From contig DATKEA010000002.1 of the NCBI GenBank assembly GCA_035544615.1, forward strand, positions 2,795 through 66,794: DNA of 64,000 nt, written 5' to 3'. The DNA is from Acidimicrobiia bacterium. GTDB lineage: Bacteria; Actinomycetota; Acidimicrobiia; Spongiisociales; ZC4RG35. Positions 1-9,477 of the stretch are shown here, one piece after another (the first letter of the stretch is position 1; every line of letters starts with the position of its first letter). The notes beneath the pieces were generated by a model, which made no database searches, was not told the DNA's origin, and saw only the letters and a program-made list of their open reading frames with translations. The translations under genes were made by a program, and so were the position numbers.

Positions 1-933
1 CAATGGGCCGGGAACGTAGCCGATCGGGTGCTCGGGCTAGGCCCGCTCCAGCCACTTCTGGAGGACGAAGCCATAACCGACATCCTGGTCAACGGCCCAG
101 GTGAGATCTGGGTAGATCGCGGTGGTGCCCTGGAGCTGGTCCCGGGCGGGTTCACCGGCGATATGGAGATCTACACCGCGGTGGAGAGGGTCATCGCGCC
201 ACTCGGGCTCAGGATCGACCGTTCGTCACCCATGGTCGATGCTCGGCTGGCCGACGGGAGCCGGATACACGCAGTGGTGCCACCGGCCGCTGTCGATCAT
301 CCGATCATCGCGATTCGCCGTTTCACCCAGGCGATCACCTCGCTCGGCCAGCTGCAGGACAATGGCAGCGCTACCGCTGACCAGATCGAGCAGTTGACTC
401 GAGCCGTCTCGCAACGAAAGACCATCCTCGTCAGCGGAGGAACCGGGACAGGCAAGACGACTCTGCTCAACCTGTTGGCGACCTTGATTCCAAGCGAGCA
501 GCGTGTGGTGACCATCGAGGATGCGGCGGAGTTGCGCATCCCCGGGCACCGGGTTCGGCTGGAAGCCCACCCACCCAACTCCGAAGGAGTCGGGGAGATA
601 ACCATTCGCCAATTGCTTCGCTCCGCTCTCCGACTCAGACCTGATCGGATCATCGTCGGCGAGGTCCGTGGTGCCGAAGCCATGGATCTGATCTGGGCGC
701 TGAACACCGGTCATCGCGGCTCGCTGTCGACGGTCCATGCCAATTCGCCTCAGGAAGCGTTGTGGAGGCTGGAAACGCTTGCTCTGTCGGCCGGTGACAC
801 GGCCGAGGAAGCGGTGCGACGTCAGCTGCTGGCGGCGGTCGACCTTGTGGTTCAGATGGAGAGGGTGGGATCGATGAGAACTATCGGAGAGATAGCGATG
901 GTCGGGCCTGGCGGGATCGGGGCAGGGGAATGA
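1..933 (+). CDS. cpaF: Tad/Flp pilus assembly ATPase CpaF/TadA (5' end outside window)
   Basis: The frame is open from nt 1 (VADRVLGLGPLQPLLEDEAITDILVNG). Motifs seen: Walker A VSGGTGTGKTTLLN, Walker B-like DRIIVGEVRG and His-box NTGHRGSLSTVHAN. It is followed by tadB/tadC/flp. Confidence 0.9.
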   Translation, partial: QWAGNVADRVLGLGPLQPLLEDEAITDILVNGPGEIWVDRGGALELVPGGFTGDMEIYTAVERVIAPLGLRIDRSSPMVDARLADGSRIHAVVPPAAVDHPIIAIRRFTQAITSLGQLQDNGSATADQIEQLTRAVSQRKTILVSGGTGTGKTTLLNLLATLIPSEQRVVTIEDAAELRIPGHRVRLEAHPPNSEGVGEITIRQLLRSALRLRPDRIIVGEVRGAEAMDLIWALNTGHRGSLSTVHANSPQEALWRLETLALSAGDTAEEAVRRQLLAAVDLVVQMERVGSMRTIGEIAMVGPGGIGAGE

Positions 934-1571
934 TCGGGCTGGTTCTCGCGGCCGGAGTGGCGACCCACGTCGATTGGAGACGTTTGGGGCTGCTCGTCTT
1001 CGCCCTGGCCATGCCGGTCCCTGCCGCCGTGCTCGTTGGCATCCTTTGGTGGCGTTCGCGACCGGCTCTCACCATGCGAGGAGCCCGATTCTGCGACGCG
1101 ATCTCCACCGAGCTCAGGGCCGGAGCATCGTTCCGCGCCGCTCTCGAGAGCGCTGCCGTCTCGGTCGACGCGACTGAGATGATCCATCTCTGCCAGGTGG
1201 GAGCGTCCATGGCCAGCATCGCCGTGGCTGCCCGCGAAGAGTTTGCCGGGATCGGTGAGGAGCTAGGCGCTCTCATCGCCCGCCCTCAGGGCATCGGGGT
1301 CTCCCCTGCGGCGCTGTTCGAGGAGATCGGCAATCTGGCAATGGCTCAGATCGAGGTAGAACACGAGGTCTCGACAGCTTCCGCCGCGGCCAAGGCCACG
1401 GGCACGGTGCTCCTGATCGGACCCATCGCCGCGATCACTCTGACCGCGATGCGAGGCGGATTTGATCCTTATCTAGCCCAGTCGGCACAGCGGGTTGCCG
1501 CTCTCCTCGGCTTGGGACTGATCGGGATCGGATTGCTGGTCACCATCTTGATCCTGAAGGGGGCCAGATGA
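930..1571 (+). CDS. tadB: TadB-like pilus assembly membrane protein (T2SS F-domain family)
   Basis: It overlaps the cpaF stop by 4 nt. It is a hydrophobic polytopic ~210-aa protein in the canonical position after cpaF. Confidence 0.7.
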   Translation: MIGLVLAAGVATHVDWRRLGLLVFALAMPVPAAVLVGILWWRSRPALTMRGARFCDAISTELRAGASFRAALESAAVSVDATEMIHLCQVGASMASIAVAAREEFAGIGEELGALIARPQGIGVSPAALFEEIGNLAMAQIEVEHEVSTASAAAKATGTVLLIGPIAAITLTAMRGGFDPYLAQSAQRVAALLGLGLIGIGLLVTILILKGAR

Positions 1572-2110
1572 CCGCGGTGGTGATGGCTTCAGCCGGCCTG
1601 GCGGTTGCGGGCGCTCCGGGTGCGGTGCTGGGACTGGTGGCCCACGCCTTCTTGATGCTGCGGCGCCGACTCCATCGTCCCGACCCGCCGATCAGACCGG
1701 TTCTGCTGTTGCTTCTCGTCGAGTTGAAATCGGGTGGTCAGTCGGCGCTCGGTGCGCTTCAGGCAGCGGCCCGGACATTCCCGGGTCATCGGGACCTGGT
1801 CCTCGCCTCACGTGTGGCCACTATCTCCGGCCTGACCGAGGCGGTCGACGTGGTGCCGGGCGCGATGAGAGGAGTCGTGTCACAGCTCGCCCGTGCCCAG
1901 AGGTCAGGGGCGCCCCTTGCCGACACGGTCCGCGCCATGATCGAGTCGGATATCGCTGCGGACAAGGCGCGGCGCGTGGCGCGCGCCCGCACCATGCCGG
2001 TCCGGCTGATGGTTCCGATAACCCTGCTCCTGCTTCCCGGATTGGTGCTCCTCTTCTACGCACCATCGATGTTGCGTTTGTTCGAAGAGCTCTCGAGGCC
2101 TCTCACTTGA
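1568..2110 (+). CDS. tadC: TadC-like pilus assembly membrane protein
   Basis: It overlaps tadB by 4 nt. It has N- and C-terminal TM segments flanking a soluble middle region, and it holds the conserved position before flp. Confidence 0.7.
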   Translation: MTAVVMASAGLAVAGAPGAVLGLVAHAFLMLRRRLHRPDPPIRPVLLLLLVELKSGGQSALGALQAAARTFPGHRDLVLASRVATISGLTEAVDVVPGAMRGVVSQLARAQRSGAPLADTVRAMIESDIAADKARRVARARTMPVRLMVPITLLLLPGLVLLFYAPSMLRLFEELSRPLT

Positions 2111-2161
2111 GATCCGCACTTCTCCCCGTACCGGTCGGCAACCGGATGAGAAGGAGAGCTA

Positions 2162-2353
2162 ATGGCTCGTATTTGGACATGGATGACAACCCGCGACGAG
2201 CGGGGACAGGGCACGGTGGAGTACTTCTTGGTGATTCTCGCCGCGACCGCGCTTGCCGTCATAGCCCTGAGGTGGCTTCAGTCGGGAAGCGGCGGGGGAT
2301 TGCTGGGAAATCTCTTCGGCAAGGTGATCGACTGGGTGGCCGGGCGGTTCTGA
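2162..2353 (+). CDS. flp: Flp-type pilin (actinobacterial DUF4244-like)
   Basis: 63 aa. It has a G/TVEY processing-like motif (ERGQGTVEYFLVILAATALAVIAL) followed by a hydrophobic helix, and sits between tadC and the tadE-like genes. Confidence 0.65.
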   Translation: MARIWTWMTTRDERGQGTVEYFLVILAATALAVIALRWLQSGSGGGLLGNLFGKVIDWVAGRF

Positions 2354-2370
2354 GCCAACAGCGTGGCTCG

Positions 2371-2715
2371 GTGACCGTGGAGCTCTTCCTGGTCCTGCCT
2401 GTCCTGATTCTGGTGGTGGTGGCATCGATCCAGCTCGTCGGCGTGGCGCGAGCTCGTATCGAGTTGCAAGGCGCGGCCCGCGAAGGGGTGCGGGTGGCTG
2501 CCACCACCCCGGATCCCGCCAAGGCGGTCGAAGCAGTTTTGGCTTCGCTGGCCCCCGAGATGCGCGATCGGGTTCGTGTCTCGGTGCAGCGCCCATCGCG
2601 GGTGGGGGCGGTGGCCTCGGTGTCAGTGTCGATTCGGCACCCGGTCGGTCTTCCGTTCCCGTCCAGTGTTGCGGTTGAGCTCGTGGCGAAGGCGACGATG
2701 CGTACCGAACGATGA
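2371..2715 (+). CDS. TadE-like pseudopilin/pilus assembly protein
   Basis: A GTG at 2371 gives TVELFLVLPVLILVVVASIQLVG, the TadE N-terminal signature. The longer ORF from 2107 overlaps flp and is unlikely to be real. The start is uncertain by a few codons. Confidence 0.6.
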   Translation: MTVELFLVLPVLILVVVASIQLVGVARARIELQGAAREGVRVAATTPDPAKAVEAVLASLAPEMRDRVRVSVQRPSRVGAVASVSVSIRHPVGLPFPSSVAVELVAKATMRTER

Positions 2716-3098
2716 CCGCCGACCGCGGTGCGGCGACCGTCCTCCTGATCGGGCTGTGCGCTTTCGTGGCCGCGATCGGTGTTGGGTCAGCGGCGCTCGG
2801 TGTCCTTTTCGATGCCCGGGAGCAAGCGGCGACCGCGGCCGAGGCAGCGGCGCTTGCCGCCGCGGTGGCCACCTATCCCCCCACCGGGGCCGGGTCACCC
2901 CAGGCGCTAGCTGCCGAGTACGCAACGCGGAACGGTGCCCGGCTGGTGAGTTGTTGGTGCGACGTCGACGGGTCAATGGCGGTCCGAGTGGTCGCCGTTA
3001 CCGTTGCCTTGACCGCCGACCTGCCGCTGTTCGGCGAAATGCTGGTTGGAAAAACAGCCCGGGCCGAGTTCGACCCGGGAGCATGGCTGGGCAGGTGA
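2712..3098 (+). CDS. TadE-family protein of the actinobacterial helicase/secretion neighbourhood (Rv3654c-like)
   Basis: ATGA overlap with the previous gene. It has an N-terminal TM segment (AATVLLIGLCAFVAAIGVG), then an Ala-rich segment and a Cys-containing C-terminus. It is the last gene of the Tad cluster. Confidence 0.6.
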   Translation: MTADRGAATVLLIGLCAFVAAIGVGSAALGVLFDAREQAATAAEAAALAAAVATYPPTGAGSPQALAAEYATRNGARLVSCWCDVDGSMAVRVVAVTVALTADLPLFGEMLVGKTARAEFDPGAWLGR

Positions 3099-3116
3099 TA
3101 TCCCGCATTCGAACTA

Positions 3117-3518
3117 GTGCTCGGGGCACTAGCGTCGAGACTCATGACCGACAACCGTGATCGGGTCGAGCGGTTCATCGAAGCTCTTGACGACCGCGAC
3201 TGGGACGGATGGGTTTCCTTGCTCCACCCCGAGGTGGTTTATGAGATTCCTCAGACCAGGGAGCGCATTCGGGGCCGGGATCGCTACCTCCAGTTCAACC
3301 AGGAGTACCCCGGGGACTGGCACCTGCATGTCGTGGTTGCCATTGCCGACAATACCGACGGTGTCGCCTGGTTCGTCTGGGAGGTGGACGGGGAGCAGCC
3401 GGCGGATGCCATGGCCTTTTTCACCTTCGTGGACGGTCTAATCACTTCGGTGACTGACTTCTGGCCAGAGCCTTATGACCCGCCTCGGGGGCGTGAGCAT
3501 CTGGTGGAGCGCTGGTGA
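3117..3518 (+). CDS. SnoaL-like / NTF2-fold protein
   Basis: ~130 aa with RVERFIEALDDRDWDGWVSLLHPEVVYE, typical of SnoaL/ketosteroid-isomerase-like domains. An alternative start lies at 3144. Confidence 0.55.
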   Translation: MLGALASRLMTDNRDRVERFIEALDDRDWDGWVSLLHPEVVYEIPQTRERIRGRDRYLQFNQEYPGDWHLHVVVAIADNTDGVAWFVWEVDGEQPADAMAFFTFVDGLITSVTDFWPEPYDPPRGREHLVERW

Positions 3519-3522
3519 CCCG

Positions 3523-4005
3523 ATGGCAGGTAAGACCACCAGGGCGACCGAGGCCCTCGATCGGGTCGGGGCGGACTATCGACTCCATCGTTACCAGGTG
3601 TGGCAGGGCGTTGGGGACGGCTATGGGGTCGCGGTCGCCGAAGCAATCGGGATGTCCGGGAGTCGGGTGTTCAAGACGCTCGTGGCTGAGGTCGACGACC
3701 AGCCGGTGGCCGCAGTGCTTCCCGTCGATCGCAGGCTCTCAACCAAGAAGCTGGCTCGGGCAGTCGGCGGCAAGAGTTGCTCGCTGGTCGCACCGGCAAC
3801 TGCCGAGCGCTTGACCGGCTACGTAACCGGTGGGATCAGCCCGTTCGGTCAGCGGAGGAATCTCAGGGTCATCCTCGACAACTCGGCATCCGGGATGGAG
3901 ACGATCGCGGTGTCGGGCGGGCGGAGAGGGATCCAACTGGAGTTGGCCCCGGAGGTGTTGCTCGCGGTGACCGGGGGGACACTCGCGGCCATAGCCGACG
4001 ACTGA
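3523..4005 (+). CDS. ybaK: Cys-tRNA(Pro)/Cys-tRNA(Cys) deacylase YbaK/EbsC
   Basis: ATG at 3523. YbaK-like motifs: FKTLVAEVDDQPVAAVLPVDRRL, TGYVTGGISPFGQRR and VSGGRRGIQLEL. Confidence 0.8.
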   Translation: MAGKTTRATEALDRVGADYRLHRYQVWQGVGDGYGVAVAEAIGMSGSRVFKTLVAEVDDQPVAAVLPVDRRLSTKKLARAVGGKSCSLVAPATAERLTGYVTGGISPFGQRRNLRVILDNSASGMETIAVSGGRRGIQLELAPEVLLAVTGGTLAAIADD

Positions 4006-4027
4006 CAGCAGATCTAGTCTCGCGCCG

Positions 4028-5755
4028 ATGGCCACTCGTCTCGAGACCCTTCGCATGCTGGCAGAGTTGGCCAAGCTGACGGCTCTCGACGAAGGGAGCA
4101 GACAAGCCTTCCGGGTCCGCGCCTACGAGAATGCGCTTCACGGGATCGAGGGTTACCAGGGGGAGTTGAGCGGGCTCAGCAAACAAGAGCTGGTCGAGAT
4201 CAAGGGAGTCGGGGCCTCCACCGCGGACAAGATCCTCGAGTTCCACGACACCGGCTCGGTCTCCAAGCTGGAAGGTCTGCGCCAGAAGTATCCCCCGGCA
4301 TTTGTCGAGCTGACCAAGATCCCTGGTCTGGGCCCCAAGACCCTCAAGCTGCTCCGATCCGAGCTCGGGGTCGAGGACATCGACGGGCTGCGCAACGCCA
4401 TCGCCTCTGAGCAGCTTCGTGAGCTCCCCGGTCTAGGGAAGACCTCCGAGGAGAAAATCGGCAAAGCGATAGATCGGCTCGGTCTCCACGGCAAGGATCG
4501 CAGGACGCCGTTGGTCGAGGCACTTCCCCTCGCCCGCTCACTGGCGGCGCGGCTCGAGGCTCTCGCGTCGGTGGAGTCTGCGGTCCCCTGTGGCTCGATC
4601 CGGCGCTTCTCCGAGACCGTCGGCGACATCGACATCGTGGTGGCGACCACCGATCCGGCACAAGTCTCGAAGTCCGTCATGGGCCTGGCCGAAGTGGAGG
4701 AGGTGATCGGATCAGGTGACACCAAGACATCGTTCCTCACCCGGGAAGGGATGCAGGTCGACGTGCGGACCGTGCGGCCGGACCAGTTGGGCTCGGCTCT
4801 CCTCTACTTCACCGGGTCGAAGGCCCACAACATCGCCCTGCGGCAGCGGGCCATCGACCGCGAGTTGCTGTTGAGCGAATATGGCCTCTTCGATGGCGAT
4901 GAAGTGGTGGCGTCGCTCACCGAGGAAGAGGTGTACCAGGCCCTGGGGATGACCTATGTCCCGCCGCCGCTGCGGGAGGGCTCCGGTGAGGTGGAGGCTG
5001 CCGCCGCTGACGAACTACCGGCGCTGGTGGAGCGCTCCCAGATCAGGGGCGATCTCCACTATCACTCGGACCGGTCGGGAGACGGCCGGTCGACGCTGGA
5101 CCAGATGGTCGAGGCCGCCCTGGTTCGCGGCTATGAGTATGTCGCTTTCACCGACCATGGGGAGGATCTCGCCATCAACGGGTCTTCCCGCGAGATCATG
5201 CTCGAGCATCGCGATCGGATCAGAGAGCTCCAGGAACGCTATCCGGATATCCGCCTCCTGTTTGGGTGCGAGCTCAACATCGGTCCCGACGGGGGTCTCG
5301 ATTACGACGCCGATTTCCGGCTCCAGTTCGACTACTGCGTCGCCTCTATCCACTCCCACTTCGACCTGCCCCAGGATCAGCAGACGAAGCGGGTGCTCAC
5401 CGCCCTCCACGATCGATCAGTCAACGCCATCGGGCATCTCACCGGGCGATACATAGGACGGCGTCCGGGAGTTGAGATGGACATCGGGGTCGTTTTGGAG
5501 GCCCTCGAGGTGACGGGTGTCGCTCTCGAGATCAACGGTGCCCTCGATCGTCTCGATGCCTCGGCCGAGGTGGTGAGACAGGCCATGTCGAGGCGCGTGG
5601 ACGTGGTGATCGACACCGATTCCCATCACACCAGCGACCTGGTCCGCATGGATTATGGGGTGGCTTACGCCCAGAGAGGCTGGGTGACCGCCGATCGGGT
5701 GATCAACGCCAAGCCGGTGGGCGAATTCATGGAGTGGGTCACCAGAAGACGCTAG
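4028..5755 (+). CDS. polX: Family X DNA polymerase with C-terminal PHP phosphoesterase domain (PolX)
   Basis: HhH repeats (IKGVGASTADKI, IPGLGPKTLKLL, LPGLGKTSEEKI), the pol-beta nucleotidyltransferase motif GSIRRFSETVGDIDIVV, and PHP motifs GDLHYHSDRSGDG and DTDSHH. Confidence 0.9.
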   Translation: MATRLETLRMLAELAKLTALDEGSRQAFRVRAYENALHGIEGYQGELSGLSKQELVEIKGVGASTADKILEFHDTGSVSKLEGLRQKYPPAFVELTKIPGLGPKTLKLLRSELGVEDIDGLRNAIASEQLRELPGLGKTSEEKIGKAIDRLGLHGKDRRTPLVEALPLARSLAARLEALASVESAVPCGSIRRFSETVGDIDIVVATTDPAQVSKSVMGLAEVEEVIGSGDTKTSFLTREGMQVDVRTVRPDQLGSALLYFTGSKAHNIALRQRAIDRELLLSEYGLFDGDEVVASLTEEEVYQALGMTYVPPPLREGSGEVEAAAADELPALVERSQIRGDLHYHSDRSGDGRSTLDQMVEAALVRGYEYVAFTDHGEDLAINGSSREIMLEHRDRIRELQERYPDIRLLFGCELNIGPDGGLDYDADFRLQFDYCVASIHSHFDLPQDQQTKRVLTALHDRSVNAIGHLTGRYIGRRPGVEMDIGVVLEALEVTGVALEINGALDRLDASAEVVRQAMSRRVDVVIDTDSHHTSDLVRMDYGVAYAQRGWVTADRVINAKPVGEFMEWVTRRR

Positions 5756-5781
5756 TGACCACTAGGGCTAGCTTTGGCGGC

Positions 5782-6213
5782 ATGGCGAGGCAGTACGAAG
5801 TCAACCAATCCACCCTGAGGATCGCCCGGCTCACCTCGTGGATGGCGCGATTGGGTATCGGTAGGACACAGGTCCTGACCACAACCGGGAGAAAGACCGG
5901 TCAGCCGCACCAGCTCCCGGTCAGCCCGATCGAGATCGAAGGCGTCGAGCACATCGTCTCTCCCTACGGCGAGGTGGGTTGGGTGCGAAACGTCAGGGCC
6001 AACCCGGAGGTGACACTTCGCCACGGGACGAAGCACCGTGTAGCCCGATTGCACGAGATCACCGGCGCTGCAGCTGCTCCCGTGGTGGCGGCCTATCACG
6101 GCCGGGAGGCCTACGCCAGGCGGTACATGGATGTCCCCGACGACCCGAGTCTCGACGACTTCGTGAAAGCGGCGAACCGGTTCCCCGTCTTCAGGGTGGA
6201 TTCACCCACATAG
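5782..6213 (+). CDS. Deazaflavin (F420)-dependent nitroreductase family protein (DUF385)
   Basis: VLTTTGRKTGQPHQLPVSPIE...GWVRNVRANPEVTL is the characteristic DUF385/Ddn-like pattern. ATG at 5782 is preferred because the ORF start at 5734 overlaps polX. Confidence 0.75.
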   Translation: MARQYEVNQSTLRIARLTSWMARLGIGRTQVLTTTGRKTGQPHQLPVSPIEIEGVEHIVSPYGEVGWVRNVRANPEVTLRHGTKHRVARLHEITGAAAAPVVAAYHGREAYARRYMDVPDDPSLDDFVKAANRFPVFRVDSPT

Positions 6214-6327
6214 CCGTGACGCTGGCCGGTCATATCCGGACCGATCGCTCATGTATGCCGAGGAGGTGGGCAGGCCGATCAGAATCCGATCCTTGTAATT
6301 CGCGCTGGGAGGTAGGAAGCTCTGTTC

Positions 6328-7665
6328 TTGGCGACGAGCCCAAAGGAGACCGATCAGGTGGCCAACACCTTCGTCCTCGACACCTGTGTCCTCCTCGCCG
6401 ATCCCCAGTCTCCACTCCGATTCGACGAGCACGACGTGGTGTTGCCGCTCGTTGTCGTCGAGGAGCTCGACCGGAAGAAGACCCGGATGGACGAGGTCGG
6501 TGCCAATGCGAGGTCCGCAATCCGTCTGCTCGAAGAGCTCGGCGCCTCCCAGTCCGGGGGTCTGAGAGACGCCGTGAAGCTGCCCGGTGGCGGCTCGCTC
6601 CGGATCGAGCTCAATGGGGTGGTCTCCGAGAAGCTGCCCTCGATCCTGGACCCGCAGACACCCGACCATCGGATCCTGGCGACGTGTCTCAACCTCCATG
6701 AGAACACTCCGGCGGTCCTGGTCACCAAGGACGCTGCGCTCCGGATCAAGGGCGCCCAGCTCGGGATACCGGTCCAGGACTACCGGGGCGATACGGTGCC
6801 CGTCGAGCAACTGCAATCGGGGCTCGTCGAGCATCGCACCGATGGGGACGTCATCGACAGCCTGTTCGAGGAGGGCAAGATCGTCCTCGGCGACGTCCAG
6901 GCCATGGTCAACCAGTTCGTCCTTCTCAGGTCTGGGGCTTCCCGTTCGGCCCTGGCTCGAGTGGTTCAGGCGGAGCCGACAGTGGTAGTGGAGCGGGTCC
7001 CGAGCCACGTCAGGGCCTTCGGCGTCGAGCCCAAGAACGTGCGGCAGACGGTGGCTCTGCACCAGTTGCTGGACCCGGACATCCCCGCGGTCTCTCTGAT
7101 GGGCATGGCGGGCACCGGGAAGACCTTCCTCGCCCTGGCGGCCGCCTTGGAGCAAGTTCTGGAGCAGGGGCGTTACCGGCGGGTGTCTGTCTACCGACCA
7201 TTGGTCGCCGTTGGACGTCAGGAGATCGGCTATCTCCCGGGTGACCTCAGCGAGAAGCTGGCGCCATGGATGGCGGCGGTGCACGACAATCTCTACGCCC
7301 TCTTCTCGGATGCCGGGGTGGACGGCGCCAGGCTCGCCATCGAGGAGCTGATCGATAGGGGGGAGTTGGAGATGGCTGCCGTCACCTATCTGCGAGGCCG
7401 CTCGATCACGGGCGAGTTCGTCATCATCGATGAGGCTCAGAACCTCGAGCTACCCACACTGAAAGTGATCCTCACCCGGATGGCCCGCGATTCCAAGGTG
7501 GTGTTCTGCGGCGACCTGTCCCAGGTCGACAATCCCTATATCTCACCCTTCGGTGGGTTGGCCGCCCTGATCGAGAAGTTCAAGGGATCGTCCCTCTTTG
7601 GACATGTCACCCTGGAGAAGTCGGTGAGATCGCCGTTGGCCGAGATGGCCGCGACGATCCTGTGA
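6328..7665 (+). CDS. phoH2: PIN-domain/PhoH-domain ATPase (PhoH2, YlaK-like)
   Basis: N-terminal PIN (FVLDTCVLLADP...VVLPLVVVEELD), a PhoH P-loop (GMAGTGKTFLALAAA) and Walker B (FVIIDEAQN). TTG start. Confidence 0.85.
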   Translation: MATSPKETDQVANTFVLDTCVLLADPQSPLRFDEHDVVLPLVVVEELDRKKTRMDEVGANARSAIRLLEELGASQSGGLRDAVKLPGGGSLRIELNGVVSEKLPSILDPQTPDHRILATCLNLHENTPAVLVTKDAALRIKGAQLGIPVQDYRGDTVPVEQLQSGLVEHRTDGDVIDSLFEEGKIVLGDVQAMVNQFVLLRSGASRSALARVVQAEPTVVVERVPSHVRAFGVEPKNVRQTVALHQLLDPDIPAVSLMGMAGTGKTFLALAAALEQVLEQGRYRRVSVYRPLVAVGRQEIGYLPGDLSEKLAPWMAAVHDNLYALFSDAGVDGARLAIEELIDRGELEMAAVTYLRGRSITGEFVIIDEAQNLELPTLKVILTRMARDSKVVFCGDLSQVDNPYISPFGGLAALIEKFKGSSLFGHVTLEKSVRSPLAEMAATIL

Positions 7666-7701
7666 CCGGGGTTGGGAGATACCCAATCCGTCGCTGGTTC
7701 G

Positions 7702-9477
7702 TCAGCTGATCCGCTCGCCCGCCGAGACCAAACCGCTGCGATCCGTCTCGGCAACGGGGAGTCTGAACTCGAAGCAGGCTCCGCCGAGGAGTTCGGATGT
7801 CCGGTATTCGATCGTCCCGCCGTGGGCGGTCACCAGATCTCTCGCCACCGACAGTCCGATACCTGAGCCTTGCTTGCTGCTGTCATGATTGTGGAGACCT
7901 CGCTCGAACCGCTCCCAAATGTCCGCTTGGTATTTGGACGGCACCCCGTCACCGTTGTCATGGACCGCAAAGGCCACGAATCCGTCATCGACAGATACAG
8001 TCACCAGGATCTCCGAGCGACCGTAACGGTCGGCGTTGGTGATCAGATTCGTCAGCACCTGGCGTATCCGGTCGGGCTCGACCCAAACCTTCGCCTCGGC
8101 ATCGACCTCGGTTCGGATCCCCAACCCGGTGCCGAGGGCGGCAACGGCTTCGTTCACGATATCGGCGGCACCGTACTCCACGCGATTCAGGCCCACACTC
8201 TGTAGCCGGTCCCGTGCCACATCGATCAGGTCGGTCACGATGTGGCCGAGTTGGTTGGCCTGAGTGTTGATTGTGCCGAGCATCTCTTCGCGTTCTTCGC
8301 GGTCGAGCATGTCCCACGACTCCATGAGCAGCTGGGCGTATCCTTGGATCCCGGTTAGGGGGGTCCTCAACTCGTGCGACACCGAGGCCACGAGGTCGTC
8401 GCGTTGGCGCGCCAGGAGCTCGCCCTTCTCGTGCACGACCAGATTCTGTCGCACCACGATCAACACTGCCACCGATGTCGTGGCGATATTGAGCAGGAGA
8501 TCGTTCCCGGCACTCGTAATCAGGCGCAACAAGAACAGAGAGGCCACCGCGGTATACGGCGCTACCAACTGCCACGACGTCAACGACCGATAGCTGGTCT
8601 CGCGCGAGATCGGAGGTCTGGTCACCACCCAGGCCGCCAGAGCGATCAGCCCGTAGCCGAACAACCAGAAGCCGTCGAGCCAGCTCCACTCGACGTACAG
8701 GTCGGCGGAGCTCTGCAAGGAAAAGATGACATCGGCCACCGCGGTCGTTGCCACCGCGCCGGCGAGGAGGACGACCCGCAGGTCGAGCCGCTGCTCGGAT
8801 CTCCGCATCGCCAGGACCATCAGGGCGGTGACCAACAGCACGTCGCCGAACGGATAGGCCACATTCAGGAAGCTCTCGATTGGTTCTATGCCCGGCCCTA
8901 CCACGGCGTTGAGATAGGTGACCCACATGACAACGGCCAACGACATCGCACCTACCGTGGCATCGATCGCGAGTCGCATCCGCTCGAAGCGTCCCGGGCG
9001 GAGGTAGGGCAGGGCGATCACTCCGGCAAAGATGAGTGGGTAGCCAGCCACATAGAAGTAGTCGGCCACACCGGGGTATGGGATCTCACCAACCTGGGCC
9101 TGAAGGGTCCACACCACCTCGCCGAGGCCCCAACTGAGAATGCCGGCGCCGATCAAGGTCCAGGCCAGTCGAGACCGTCCTGCTGCCACATGGGCTGCTG
9201 CGATCATGACCAAACCCGAGCCAATGGCCGCCACGATGTACACGACGCTGGATACGGCCGCGCTCTCGAATGGCCTCTCGACCACGAGTGCGATGCCAAA
9301 ACCGATCGAGGTGGCCGCGATCAGGATCGCCCCAGCCCGGGTTGTGGTTGCCCAGCGTGATCCGGTTGTGTTTTTGGTCGGGATTCGATTCCTTGCGCCT
9401 ATGGCACATGGATCGGCAGGTTGGGACCCAAAGTTGAATGTTCTGGCGGTCGGATCGGACTTCGACCGACAGACCAC
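7702..9477 (-). CDS. Sensor histidine kinase with large polytopic N-terminal membrane domain; no response regulator nearby
   Basis: H-box SVSHELRTPLTGIQGY, N-box LTNLITNADRYG, G1 DNGDGV and G2 GSGIGLSVA. There are ~9-10 hydrophobic helices N-terminally. The GTG at 9477 overlaps the upstream stop (TAGTG). Confidence 0.8.
   Translation of the reverse strand: MVCRSKSDPTARTFNFGSQPADPCAIGARNRIPTKNTTGSRWATTTRAGAILIAATSIGFGIALVVERPFESAAVSSVVYIVAAIGSGLVMIAAAHVAAGRSRLAWTLIGAGILSWGLGEVVWTLQAQVGEIPYPGVADYFYVAGYPLIFAGVIALPYLRPGRFERMRLAIDATVGAMSLAVVMWVTYLNAVVGPGIEPIESFLNVAYPFGDVLLVTALMVLAMRRSEQRLDLRVVLLAGAVATTAVADVIFSLQSSADLYVEWSWLDGFWLFGYGLIALAAWVVTRPPISRETSYRSLTSWQLVAPYTAVASLFLLRLITSAGNDLLLNIATTSVAVLIVVRQNLVVHEKGELLARQRDDLVASVSHELRTPLTGIQGYAQLLMESWDMLDREEREEMLGTINTQANQLGHIVTDLIDVARDRLQSVGLNRVEYGAADIVNEAVAALGTGLGIRTEVDAEAKVWVEPDRIRQVLTNLITNADRYGRSEILVTVSVDDGFVAFAVHDNGDGVPSKYQADIWERFERGLHNHDSSKQGSGIGLSVARDLVTAHGGTIEYRTSELLGGACFEFRLPVAETDRSGLVSAGERIS

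Noticed and set aside
2107-2370. Long N-terminal extension of the TadE-like ORF overlapping flp
   Set aside because: It would overlap the whole flp gene in another frame. The TadE signature begins only at about 2371.
6202-7284. 360-aa ORF antisense to phoH2
   Set aside because: It is a mirror frame of the PIN-PhoH gene and carries no recognisable motif.
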